A stretch of DNA of 59,713 nt, taken from positions 204,377-264,089 of the forward strand of contig MU006110.1 in assembly GCA_010093705.1 (NCBI GenBank), read 5' to 3'. The DNA comes from Patellaria atrata CBS 101060. Taxonomy: Eukaryota. The position numbers and the translations under genes were made by a program. A model generated the notes under the pieces. It was not told where the DNA came from and made no database searches. It saw nothing but the letters and a program-made list of their open reading frames with translations. The number at the start of each line of letters is the position of its first letter. Within the stretch, counting starts at the first letter, position 1. Below, piece after piece: positions 48,725 to 59,713 of the stretch.

Positions 48725-50554
48725 TTACAAGCTATCCTCCCTCCACCTACTCCTAACTCTCTGCCAACTCTCCTTCTCCAGCTTGCCACCCATCTTCTCC
48801 AACCCCATGCCCCTCTCAACCCACTCTTGACTCCCCATCTCCGACAGCCTACTCAGCGCTCGTGCAAAAGCAAATCTCTCCTCATCCCCAGAAAAGATAC
48901 TGCTGTTCTTCAACATATTCATATTCATGCCCAAATCATCCATGAGGCTCCGCATCGCATCCGAGACATCATGATGATGCTCCTCCGATTCCTTGTGATC
49001 CTCACCCTTTTCAGGATCTGTATGCATCGCCTCGCTGACTTCTGCTCTCGACATGAAGAGGTTGCCGAGCGGCACGGCGGTCGTCATGACCAGCTTCGCA
49101 CGACTCTCATAGACGGCGTCGATGAAGGTGATGAATCTCCTCGCAAGATCTCGGGATTTGTGAGACATACCCGGCACATCCGTGATGATAAAGGCGTCGT
49201 AACTTCTCATCAGTTCGAGATAATCTGCCGCGCCCGTCGCTTTCCCGATGAGCTCATCGAACGTAAACATCGCTGCTTTCCCGCTGACCTTCGGGACCCT
49301 GATTTCGCGGCCCCACACGTGTTGGATCTCGGAGTGCGGGGGGTCCTTTTCGAAATCGCCTAGGAAGCGGAACCAGCGATTCACGTGCGATTCGGCGGCT
49401 TTGTCGAGGGGATGGTAGTACACACCGGATGGTGGGCGTGGTACTTTACGGTAATCGGTGTCGGAGTCGAGATTTATGACGCGCAAGCGGTCTTTGAGGA
49501 GGTTGATGGCGGGGATAAAGGACTCGCGCTGGATTCCGTTCTTATAAAGGTCATCTGGATGTCGATTGGAAGTTGTGACAATCACTGAGCCATGTGCCAT
49601 AAGCGACTCAATTAATCTGGTTTTAACAAGTAAGCTGGATTCTACGCTTGACTGAAGTAGAAAAATACCTTCGCAATATCATCGCATCTGCCACATCGGT
49701 ACACTGAAACTCGTCAAAGCATAATACACTAGCTTTCTCTGCGATGGTCGCAGCGACAAAAGGTATTGCGTCTATGTCATTCCCATGCGCCATTTTCATT
49801 TTATGCAGTTCTTTATGCACCTCTTGCATGAAGTTGTGGAAGTGGATGCGCGTTTTCGCTGTGACATTACTAGGAAGGGTATCATAAAACAAATCCATAA
49901 GCATGGTCTTTCCACTACCTACGTCGCCGTACATGTACAAGCCCTTGGGAAGGTCTGGGGATATTTCGGTACCAGGTCTCTTCTGCGGTTTACGGTGGAA
50001 GAGGGAGCTGAGGAAGGATTGATTCTGCGGTTGTAGGGATTCGACTGTGGGATGTATGACCTTTGGTTGCTTATAATCTTCGAGCATCTCATGGAGATCT
50101 TGAAGACTTTGAATGATGGCTATGGCAATAATCAGTATGCGGAGACTTTCGGGGCGTATGGTTATGGACCTACTTCGCTGATGCTCGTCGTCGCGCAGAC
50201 GACCTGTCTGAACTCTCTCATCATATTCAGCAATTGGACCTTTCTCATTAGCCTTGCCTAGCACCAGTCAACAACCTGTATCTGTTCAATTATCAGTACT
50301 GCCTACGCACTAGATCTACTAGAAGCAGTCGCAAAGTCGCGATAAGGGTGACATTGTCGCAAGTTGGCAGAGGTCCAGCCTCTACCAGATATTGGCGTAT
50401 AGCTAAGTGAACAATTAAAATATATGTTATTATCTTTCAAAGATCGGATACATTGCGAACACAATCGTCGACGAAGTGTAAGACCCGGTAGTGGGTAAGA
50501 ATGCGCCGCTCTGTAAGACGCGCGAAAGCCCCGCAGGACTTCCGAAACGTTCAT
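48725..50554 (-). CDS. AFG1: AFG1/LACE1-like mitochondrial ATPase
   Basis: PKGLYMYGDVGSGKTMLMDLF (Walker A), RIHFHNFM, LCFDEFQCTDVADAMIL, TTSNRHPDDLYKNGIQR and ARRFITFIDAVYE. Presequence-like N-terminus. Introns near 50260-50305, 50123-50172 and 49617-49668. Confidence 0.95.
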
Positions 50555-50903
50555 AATGCATTTATGAATGACGTTAAATATCCAACAAACAGAAGAACAA
50601 TCCAAAATCGAAAGATTGGGTAGGTTTATGAGTTCATAAGGTGATCATTGCCATTGAAGAAGTTTGATCTTCCTAGATATTCGGTAATCCAAGAAACAAC
50701 CGCCAGGGGGTCGGTTGCGAATGCGGATCAGATAAGACTAAGATTAAATTTAGATCACCGATTCCGCTTTAAACCTGAACAAAATTTTGTACCTTGGCAG
50801 AATTCCGCGCCGAGGGCGTGATGGCGGATCCCACGTGTGAGACTTTAGCTACCCGGAGGCTTATCTCAACATGTTCTTGTTTATACACATCTCGGCTTGA
50901 GTT

Positions 50904-53443
50904 ATGGTGCTATGTCGCGGCTCTATATCATCTAGATTTCCATGGTCGTGCATATCCTCAACAACAGCCAGGTCTGGCCTCATAAGCTCCCTATGTCGGT
51001 CCTTCGATTACTCCCCCGGACTCCGGCCCCAACAGGTGCAAAAGTATTATACGCAGTCTAGAAGTGCTACTGGTGGTATGAAAGTCAGCCCATATAGTAC
51101 ATCTATACTTTCTACTCCCCCGCAAGGTCAATCCAATACTTATAGGGATTTAAAACTGTAAGCATTACGCCCACGGTTGATCTTGAGAGAGCTCCACATG
51201 CTAATAGTTCCAGCATTTCTAGTAACGAGACGTCATTTTCTCACTTCGATTACTCCTTACGTACGTCTGGATCTGCACCTGCGACTATTTCCCCGGAGCT
51301 TCACCAACAAATACAACGTCTGATCGTAGCATTGATCGACGCTAAGGAATCCTCAATCCTGAGCAAAGGTCTGCTTACCATCGAGACGATCTTGGCTTTA
51401 ATACCTGCGATCACTGGCATAACACTTCGTCTGAAGACTCTTTTGTCTAGATATTCAAAATCCTCCATTCTCTCCGAGTTAGACTCCCATTTGTCTATAG
51501 AATTTTCACAAGAGCGCCATACTTCTGGAGATTTAGAGATTGCAGAGATCTTACTCACATTTCCACCTCGGGAATTACATTTTAATCAAAGTTCGACGAT
51601 ACCTTTTCTCCAGAATATGACAGTTGGTGCTCAGTGGCGAGTCGAGGGCAAGGTTGGGGCCCGTCAAATCCCGCAGGACCTCAAAGTGGACACATTAGTC
51701 CAAGAATATGAGGTCTCATCGCCTTTAGAGATAAGAACTGATTCCGCGAAGTCCCTGGAGGATCTCGCCGGCCGTTCTCTGCCAGAGATATTGTCCCTCG
51801 TCCCGGAACTGCAACATGCACTGGAACTGAATAATATAGAATGCACATTTTTATGTCGAAAGAGGGGAGATTCTCCTATCCAAGAAATCAAGTCTAGCAG
51901 GAGGTTTTGCAGCAATTATTCGAATAAATTGTACATTGAAAGCCTTAATAAGCGTAGTCTACATCGAGCAATCATAGCCCTAGGGAGCAACGTGGGCGAT
52001 CGAGTGTCATGGATCGAGCAAGCGTGCAAGATGATGGAAAGAGATGGAAGCATGCGTGTAACGCGGACTAGTAATTTATGGGAAACGAAGGCGATGTACG
52101 TGGTCGATCAAAATGACTTTGTCAACGGAGTATGCGAGGTAAGTTCATCAGACATTAACCTATTAGACATCTTCTCGTCTGACGCCTTCCAGATTGAAAC
52201 AGTCCTAGAGCCAATCCAGCTGTTGAATAAACTCCAGAGGATAGAAGATATTCTTGGAAGAGTGAAAATAATGGATAAAGGGCCAAGGAACATAGACCTT
52301 GATATCATTCTATACGACTATGAACACGTTCGACACCCCCGTTTGATCATTCCACATAAGTTGATGTTGGAACGGGAATTCGTTCTTAGGCCACTTTGCG
52401 AGTAAGTCATCCTCTACCCGTAACATGAACACCGCCCCTAATCAATTTATAGTTTGATACCAGACGAAACGTACCCGGACCCATTACAGTTCGGCTCCTT
52501 TCGCGATCATTTACAGCGACTCCCCTCTAATCCAGATCCCATATCTACACTAACCAACATCTCCTCTTCGCATCACCCAATTAGAGCGCTTCAAATCGAC
52601 CGACAAACCCTTATCATGGCCATCCTCAACCTCACCCCGGACTCCTTCTCCGACGGCGGTCATCACGCTTTCAACAACCCCGACTCCATGCGCCAAACAA
52701 TTCTCTCTCACATCTCCGCCGGAGCTCACATCCTTGACCTCGGTGGGCAATCTACGCGCCCCAACGCTCTCCCCGTCACTGCCTCCGAGGAACTAACCCG
52801 CATCCTCCCGACCCTCCAACTCCTACAAACCCTTCCCGAAGCCCACAGCACAGCCATCAGCGTCGACACATACCACTCCTCCGTCGCCTCCGCAGCCGTC
52901 GCGGCAGGCGCTCACATCATCAACGACATCAGCGGCGGAACTATGGATACGGATATGCTGCCCACGGTGGCAGAGCTTGGGTGTACAGTTGTGCTGATGC
53001 ATATGCGCGGCACGCCGCAGACGATGAATAAACACACGACTTACCCCTTCGGCCTTATCGAGACTGTCGGCGCCGAACTGCTCGAGCGCGTACGTGCTGC
53101 TGAATCCGCAGGCGTACGACGTTGGCGCATCATTTTAGACCCTGGCATCGGGTTCGCCAAGACTGCAGAGCAGAACCTAGAGATTTTACGGCGGATGGAT
53201 GAACTGAGGAACTACCCGGGGCTGGAAGGCATCCCATGGCTTGTCGGGAGCAGTCGGAAGAACTTTATCGGGAGGGTGACGGGCGTGAAGGAGGCGAGAG
53301 ATAGGATTTGGGGGACCGCGGCTACTGTTACAGTGGCGGTACAGGGGGGTGCGGATGTGGTGAGGATTCATGATGTTGGGGAGATGGTCCAGGTGGTTAA
53401 GATGGCGGATGCGTTGTATAGGGTCAAGAAGTCGGGATCATGA
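50904..53443 (+). CDS. FOL1: Folic acid synthesis protein (HPPK + dihydropteroate synthase, with a divergent N-terminal region)
   Basis: HPPK motifs IALGSNVGD and GPRNIDLDI, MLEREFVLRPL. DHPS motifs ILNLTPDSFSDGG, DLGGQSTRP, INDISGG, LMHMRG, LDPGIGF, SRK and RIHDV. Introns at about 51084-51145, 52139-52192 and 52402-52452. Confidence 0.93.
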
Positions 53444-53859
53444 TGATGATTGTGGTGAAAGAGCATTGCATATAGTAAGGAATATTTTGTATTTGTGTTT
53501 GGGGCTAAAAGGTATACGGGGTTTTGAATGTGTGCATTTTTACCATGTGGATATTTCGGTGTTAGGTTGGAGGTCTCGGGGGAAAGGTTTTTTTTGGACG
53601 AGATTCATCACTCGGCGCGCATCCAATTGCTTGTATGGTATCGTTGGTGTGTACGATAGTTGTATTGTCGAGCTCAACGCGGCGACAGGAATTGAAAACG
53701 GCTGGTTCGGCTGTTGCAGAGTTATCCTTCCAAGCTCTTCCTATTCTAAGTGATCCTTTTCCTAGATGAATATTGTCTCCGTAATGATCTTTTGCTTTAG
53801 ATGGCTTCTTTACTTACATTAGAGCACTTAGTATCAAATATATCAACACCGCGCGCTCG

Positions 53860-54130
53860 ACCTAACTACCTAATCATAAGATAATAGAGATCTATAGATA
53901 TACAGAGTATATCGCTTAAGTTATAACTACTAAGAGAGACATAGACTATATATTAAAGAGTTAATAATAATATTAAAATATATTGTTCAATCATTTTATA
54001 TTTCATGCTTAAAATCTTTATTTTACATACTATTTTAGTCCATTATTATAGAAATATTTCCCTATAATATCTATTATATTTCTTGAAAAGTTAATCTGTA
54101 TTTCTGCTTTCCCTAGTCGTGATTATATAA
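53860..54130. other. AT-rich, TpA-rich patch; possible RIP-degraded repeat remnant
   Basis: Visibly very AT-rich with many TA dinucleotides (e.g. GACTATATATTAAAGAGTTAATAATAATATTAAAATATATTG) next to GC-rich genes. Confidence 0.4.
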
Positions 54131-54721
54131 ATTCGCTATCACTATCCCTACCACTGCTTAGAAATTTCGCGCATCCAAGACGCAAAATCATAACTACTTT
54201 AGGAATCTTACCTACATTAACATTTGGCAATGATTCTCAAAACATCCTCGACCGTCTTGTCTGACGGCGCGAATTAAATGTTACCAAACACTACACCCAT
54301 ACCCCTATCAACAGCAAGAATTCGGTGAGATTGGCTCAAACCTCCTCTGATAGCAGAGTAACCCCTCCCCCTACTACATGCCGTTAATCAACATAACGAT
54401 GAAATCCCAAGTGCTTGGGCCATATCCTAGTCCACTTATAGGGGCCCGGCCCTATTGGATTTGGGTATAACGGGGTAAACTCCCACCCAGACCACCAGCC
54501 AAGAGTGAAGTAATGGAAGAGAATGAATATATAAACCCCTTCCGATCTTCAACGTAGACACTTAAAAACTTTCAATAGCTTTACCAACTTTTCCAGTCAC
54601 CCACCCAAAAAAACCCTCTATCAGCGATCCCCCCTTTCTCAACTCCATTCCCTTATTCAATTCCAGATCTTCATCTTCCCACCCCTCCTAATCCAATTCC
54701 ATTTATACTATTCACCCCAAA

Positions 54722-55734
54722 ATTGCCCACCTCCACCCCTCCGCCGGCTACTACTTCACCCCAACCGTTCACAACAACCCCTCCCCCTCCACCTTTCCCC
54801 TTGCTAACCCCAACCCCGGCAAATCCGTCCTCATAACCGGCGCCTCACGGGGCATCAGCTGAGATATCGCGCTCGCCTACGCGCGCGCCGGGGTCTCTGC
54901 TCTCACTCTCATCGCGCGGAACCCTCACCCCCTGGCAGAACTCACGGAAGAATTAAAGGGGATTAATCCAGATGTCAAGGTATTGGTATTTGGGATTGAC
55001 GTGAGGGATATCGGGGTAATCGAAAGTGTGGTGAAAAAGGTAGAATCGGAAGTAGGACGGCTAGACATCGTGGTCAACAACGCCGCGATCGCGGGTCCCT
55101 GGATCTCCATCACCGAATCCTCTCCTCCCGACTGGTGGGAATGCTTCGAGATCACGATACGCGGGACTTACAACGTCACCCGGGCCTCCCTACCCCTCTT
55201 GCTCAAAACTGCTGCTGAGCAGGACACTCATGTTAATTAATGTGGTCAATGTCACGAGTATAGGCGCGCTGTTGCAGTTGCCGGGCTCGTCGGCGTACTA
55301 GACGGCTAAGTTCGCGTTAATCAGGCTGAGCGAGTTCGTGGAGATGGAGTATGGAGACCGGCGTGTGAGGTGCGTGAGCGTGCATCCGGGCGGCGTGAGC
55401 ACGGAGTTGGCGCTGCAGTTGCCGAAGTCCTTGCATGAGCGTGAGTTTTCCTTCCCCTCTATTTTGATCCATTTGTTCTAGGTTTGAGAGGGTTAGGGGT
55501 GGGGCTGGTTGCCGTTGATGATAATGATTGCTGGTGTTGCTAATGAGCTGAGTAGTGTTCACCGAATCCCCGGACCTCTGCGGCGCCTTTCTGACATGGG
55601 TTACGAGAGAGAGTCGGGAGTGGTTGGACGGGCGGTATTTGAGCGCGACGTGGGATGTGGATGAGTTGGAGGCGAAGAGGGAAGAGATTGTCGAAGGGAA
55701 TTTGTTGAAGCTGCGTATGACAGTAGGAGTGTGA
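54722..55734 (+). pseudogene. SDR oxidoreductase pseudogene
   Basis: SDR frame GKSVLITGASRGIS*DIALAYARAG...DIVVNNAA...SSAY*TAK...VHPGGV...WLDGRYLSATWDVDEL. Lesions: ATT in place of the start codon at 54722, TGA at 54860, a 4-nt TAAT duplication causing a frameshift at about 55234-55241, and TAG at 55299. Intron at about 55441-55555 is intact. Confidence 0.9.
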
Positions 55735-56252
55735 CACTGCATTTTGGAATACTTATATCTAGTTATGAGGGTGGAATCAAAAACCGATAAAAAGACTGGG
55801 TAGTGGAGAATGCACCATTTGGGTTTTATGATTATATTAGAAATATGTACCATTTATGTGGATTTTGATTGAATGTGTATTTCTCTTGGTTATAACCGGT
55901 TCTGATGTAGGTCGGAAGGGACGGACCTGTAAAATCGCGTAGAGTTGCATTCGACGGTACGCCATTATGTATACCGGAAGCCTACAGTACCGAGATATGC
56001 AATGCGGTGGGGATAGTAAACTGAAGTGTATGCCCTATCAACCGTTGGTCAATGGAAGCTTTGTGGTGCTTTCCCCTCGGTGAAGTACCTTAAGTATGTT
56101 GACATGAAGTATCCGCATCTCACCAATGGAGAGGAGCGGCATCCAATCTATAGAGCTAAAGACGTAGAGCAATCTATTAGACCGAGTTATAACTTAACTC
56201 CTTTAATACCTTATTCATAAATAATCTCAATAGATAAAGCTTTTAAGAATCC

Positions 56253-56762
56253 TGTTACGGCAATGAACTAGGAAGACGTGCAGACACAACGAGGTGGAAG
56301 GACAACTCGGGGAAACCACGGGAAGATAGAGTCACGTGACATGATCGACAGCCAAGTGCTCAAAAGGTATCGAGCAGCAAAGCGTCGGGCAGAGTGATCG
56401 ATAATCGAGTTCTCGGGGGTTATCGAGCAGCGAGTATATCGATTTTAAGAATATTGGTAGAAGCACTACCAACTTTAGCACTTGATAAGGCAATTTTGTG
56501 ATGAGGTCACAGGGTATGGTTTTCTACTTTTCCCTATTTGGTTAGGGCGTTTCTATTTGGTCAGACGCGGGAAAGATTCTCTACTTATGATTGGCTGCAA
56601 GACAAACAGACGTGCCGAAGTTCTACCGAGACGAGTTATTGAGTTGACGGCCCGGTAGGCCATAACAACTTCTTTTCCTCAACTTACTGTGTAATCCCAT
56701 TACACTGTGGTTAAGTAATACTAGTTAGATTAAATACAATCAGCTACTGCTACGCCGTTACA
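56253..56762. mobile_element. Probable solo LTR (~510 bp)
   Basis: Ends TGTTACGGC...GCCGTTACA (TG...CA with an 8/9 terminal inverted repeat). Internal GTCACGTGAC palindrome and an A-rich AAATACAATC near the 3' end, as in fungal LTRs. No matching target-site duplication (AATCC vs GCAAT). Confidence 0.65.
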
Positions 56763-57033
56763 GCAATAGGGTTACCTGCTGCTTTCTAAATAGATCGGCT
56801 ACGCTCTTTGCTCTAAAGCACGCTTACCAGCCACACCCTATTGAACCAATCGACTTTAGCCACTTTGCACTGCCCCTGCCCCACATTCTCCCCAGCTCGC
56901 CCTCCTTAGTCTCATACCATGAATCTACTAACTAGCACAATCACTATTATTTTAACTACTTCATACGACCATGTTTTGTCTATAATTGTTTTAACGGTTC
57001 CCTTATCCGGAGGTCTCCGAAAATCTACTAGTC

Positions 57034-59713
57034 ATGCGTCTTTTGCGAGTTAACGATAACAAGCTCACCCCGGTTGAATTCTTAGGCACTCCTACTCACC
57101 AATATGCTATTCTTTCGCATACCTGGGGAGATGATAACGAAGAGGTCAACTTTAGAGATCTAGTGAAGAACACAGGCAAAACCAAGGCTGGCTACAAAAA
57201 GATTCAATTCTGCGGAGCGCAAGCTGCTAATGACGGTCTGGAATTCTGCTGGGTCGACACTTGCTGCATCAATAAATCAAGCGACGCCGAGCTTTCAGAG
57301 GCTATCAACTCTATGTTCCGCTGGTATCAAAATGCTGCCAAATGCTATGTATATCTCTCAGACGTTTCGACTGGATCTAGTGATAGCAATGTGCTCTCTC
57401 AAGGTGAATGGAAACTAGCCTTTCAGAACAGCAGATGGTTCCGTCGAGGCTGGACTCTCCAAGAGCTTATCGCTCCAAGATCCGTGGAATTTTTCTCCGT
57501 AGAAGGTAACCGACTTGGTAGTAAATCTTCACTAATACAAGAAATTCACGAAATAACGGGGGTTCCCGTTCTCGCTCTTCAAGGAAGCCGATTATCTGGG
57601 TTTAGCGTTGGTGAGCGGATATCATGGGCAGCAAGGCGCCAGACCAAACGCGAAGAAGACGCAGTATATTCTTTACTAGGTATTTTTGACGTTCACATGC
57701 CGCTTATATATGGCGAAGGACGGCAGAAGGCGTTAAATCGACTCCGGAGAGAGATTAAAGAGAATATCTCGATTAACCTACCGGTCGCGAAAGGAGCGTC
57801 CTTCGACTCTCACATGGAAGAACATAATCCTAAATGCCTTCGAGGTACTCGAACCGAGTTACTCCATCACATAATGGAATGGGCGAAGGATAGAAACAGT
57901 AAACCTATATTCTGGCTAAACGGTATGGCTGGCACAGGAAAGTCTACAATTGCAAGGACTCTTGCCCAGTCGTTCGCCGACCAAGGTCAATTAGGAGCCA
58001 GCTTCTTTTTCAAGAAAGGCGAGGCAGAGCGCGGCAATGCCACGCGATTCTTCACCACCATCGCTACATACCTGATGGGTCAAGTACCAGGGATGAAATC
58101 AGGCATGAAGGAAGCAATCGACGCCGACCCAGCTATTCCTGAGAAGGCTTTAAAAGATCAGTTTGAGAAGCTAATCCTCCAGCCGCTCTTACAAGCACCC
58201 ATTCAAACTATAGAACTAGTTGTCGTAATAGACGCACTGGACGAATGTGAGCGAGTCGAAGATATACGAGCAATTCTCCAACTTCTTTCACGAACTTCGG
58301 ATCTTACGCCGGTGTCGTTACGGGTCTTTGTAACTAGCAGACCGGAGCTACATATTCACCTTGGGTTTAAACGTATGCCCGATGGTACATACAAGGACCT
58401 AATCCTTCACCAGGTGGCGAAGCAAACTATCGAGCACGATATACGTCTCTTCTTAGAGCATGAGCTCGGGGAGATACAGCAGGAGCGTTCGCTGTCCCCC
58501 AACTGGCCTAGTAAAGCACAAATGCAGGCCCTAGTCGATCTCGCCGTCCCTTTATTCATTTTCGCTGCCACTATTTGTCGATATATCGGAGATCGACGAG
58601 ATAATCCTAGAAAGCGTTTAGAAGCCATACTTCAATATCAGTCGGTTACTTATATTTCTAAGCTTGATAAAACATACCTTCCTATCCTAACCCAGCTATT
58701 TGAGGACGAAGATGAAGTAGACATGCAAAGACGGACAAGCGAGTTTCGAGAAGTAGTTGGTAGTATCATCGTTCTTGAAAGTCCTCTCTCTATTTCCTCA
58801 CTTGCACGTCTCCTCAGTATCCCAAAAGAAGATATTAGATGCGGCCTAGATTCTTTACGATCTGTTCTTAATATTCCTGATTGTGAGTATATACCTATAA
58901 GGCTCCTGCATCTATCATTTCGCGAGTTCCTAGTCGATCCTCGAAAGAAGGGAAAGAGTCCGTTCTGGATAGATGAGAAAGAAACACACGAGAGGCTAGT
59001 AGCTAAGTGTCTTCAATTAATGTCCAGTTCAGAAGGCCTCCGGCAAAATATATGTAACCTCCAGAGACTAGGAACTCTACAAAGTGAGATTAATAAATGT
59101 ATAATAGCTAAATCTCTACCGCCTGAGTTACAATATGCTTGCCGATATTGGGTACATCATCTGGAGCAAAGTAAATGGCATATACACGATGGAGATGTTA
59201 TCCACCTTTTTCTCCAGAAGTATTTCCTATATTGGCTAGAAGCTATGAGCCTTATCGGAGACGCATATAAATGTATCCATATGATTCATAGCCTACAGAC
59301 GCTCGAATATGTAAGATTATTTACGTATTCTATCGATCATTATACTTACCTATAGTATAGTCGGATAGGAGTCTTAGCTCAGATTTTCTTCGCGATGCGA
59401 AGAGATTTATATTACGGTTCCGACCTATATTGGAAGATGCACCTCTACAAATCTATTCTTCAGCGCTTATTTTTGCTCCGGAGATAAGTATAATACGGAA
59501 GACATTTATAGAGCATATACCGGGTTGGATTACCCAGCTATCAAAAATGAAAGATGATTGGGACACTTGCCGTAACACGCTCGAGGGCCACACAGAGTCG
59601 GTCAACGCCGTAGCGTTATCGCCGGACGGCCAGGTCGTGGCATCGGCATCATACGACTGCACGGTCAGGCTCTGGGACTCGAAGACGGGCGCGGGCCTCA
59701 GCACGCTCGAGGG
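57034..59713 (+). CDS. HET-NACHT-WD40 NLR-like protein (HNWD family, het-e/het-d-like); 3' end runs off the window
   Basis: HET domain ([45 protein letters not shown]), NACHT P-loop GMAGTGKST and Walker B VIDALDEC. Intron 59311-59360. WD40 repeat [34 protein letters not shown] and the start of a second repeat (TLEG). Confidence 0.95.

Noticed and set aside
54860..55301. Premature stops rescued by A-to-I editing or readthrough
   Set aside because: A frameshift and a lost start codon are also present, so pseudogenisation is the simpler explanation.

Overview
Eukaryotic genomic DNA from a filamentous ascomycete fungus (Pezizomycotina-type genes with short GT-AG introns and CTAAC/CTGAC branch sites; the species cannot be determined from the sequence). 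About 19 protein-coding loci can be supported. These are a PTR2 peptide transporter (cut by the window edge), an SDR oxidoreductase, SRP-receptor beta, a 765-aa unknown protein, a Ser/Thr kinase, a DUF924 protein, cystathionine beta-synthase, a small secreted 8-Cys protein, a 3-hydroxyacid dehydrogenase, ARG2, a Ca2+/H+ exchanger, a 99-aa (Cys-x-x)n repeat protein, a C2H2 zinc-finger protein, L-galactonate dehydratase, a PTH11-like membrane protein, a low-confidence hypothetical protein, AFG1, FOL1 and a HET-NACHT-WD40 NLR (cut by the window edge). The window also holds an SDR pseudogene, a probable solo LTR just upstream of the NLR, and a gene-poor zone at about 35-46.5 kb with several unrelated tandem repeats and a 480-nt assembly gap. 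The most interesting items are: (i) the spliced 99-aa protein with Cys at every third position (beta-solenoid, antifreeze-like or metal-binding candidate); (ii) a tandemly duplicated non-coding element between DUF924 and CBS that keeps two hairpins despite loop indels (candidate structured ncRNA); (iii) a spliced effector-like secreted protein missed by the ORF track; (iv) structured or repeat-containing long introns. Exon boundaries were read by eye and no database searches were run.
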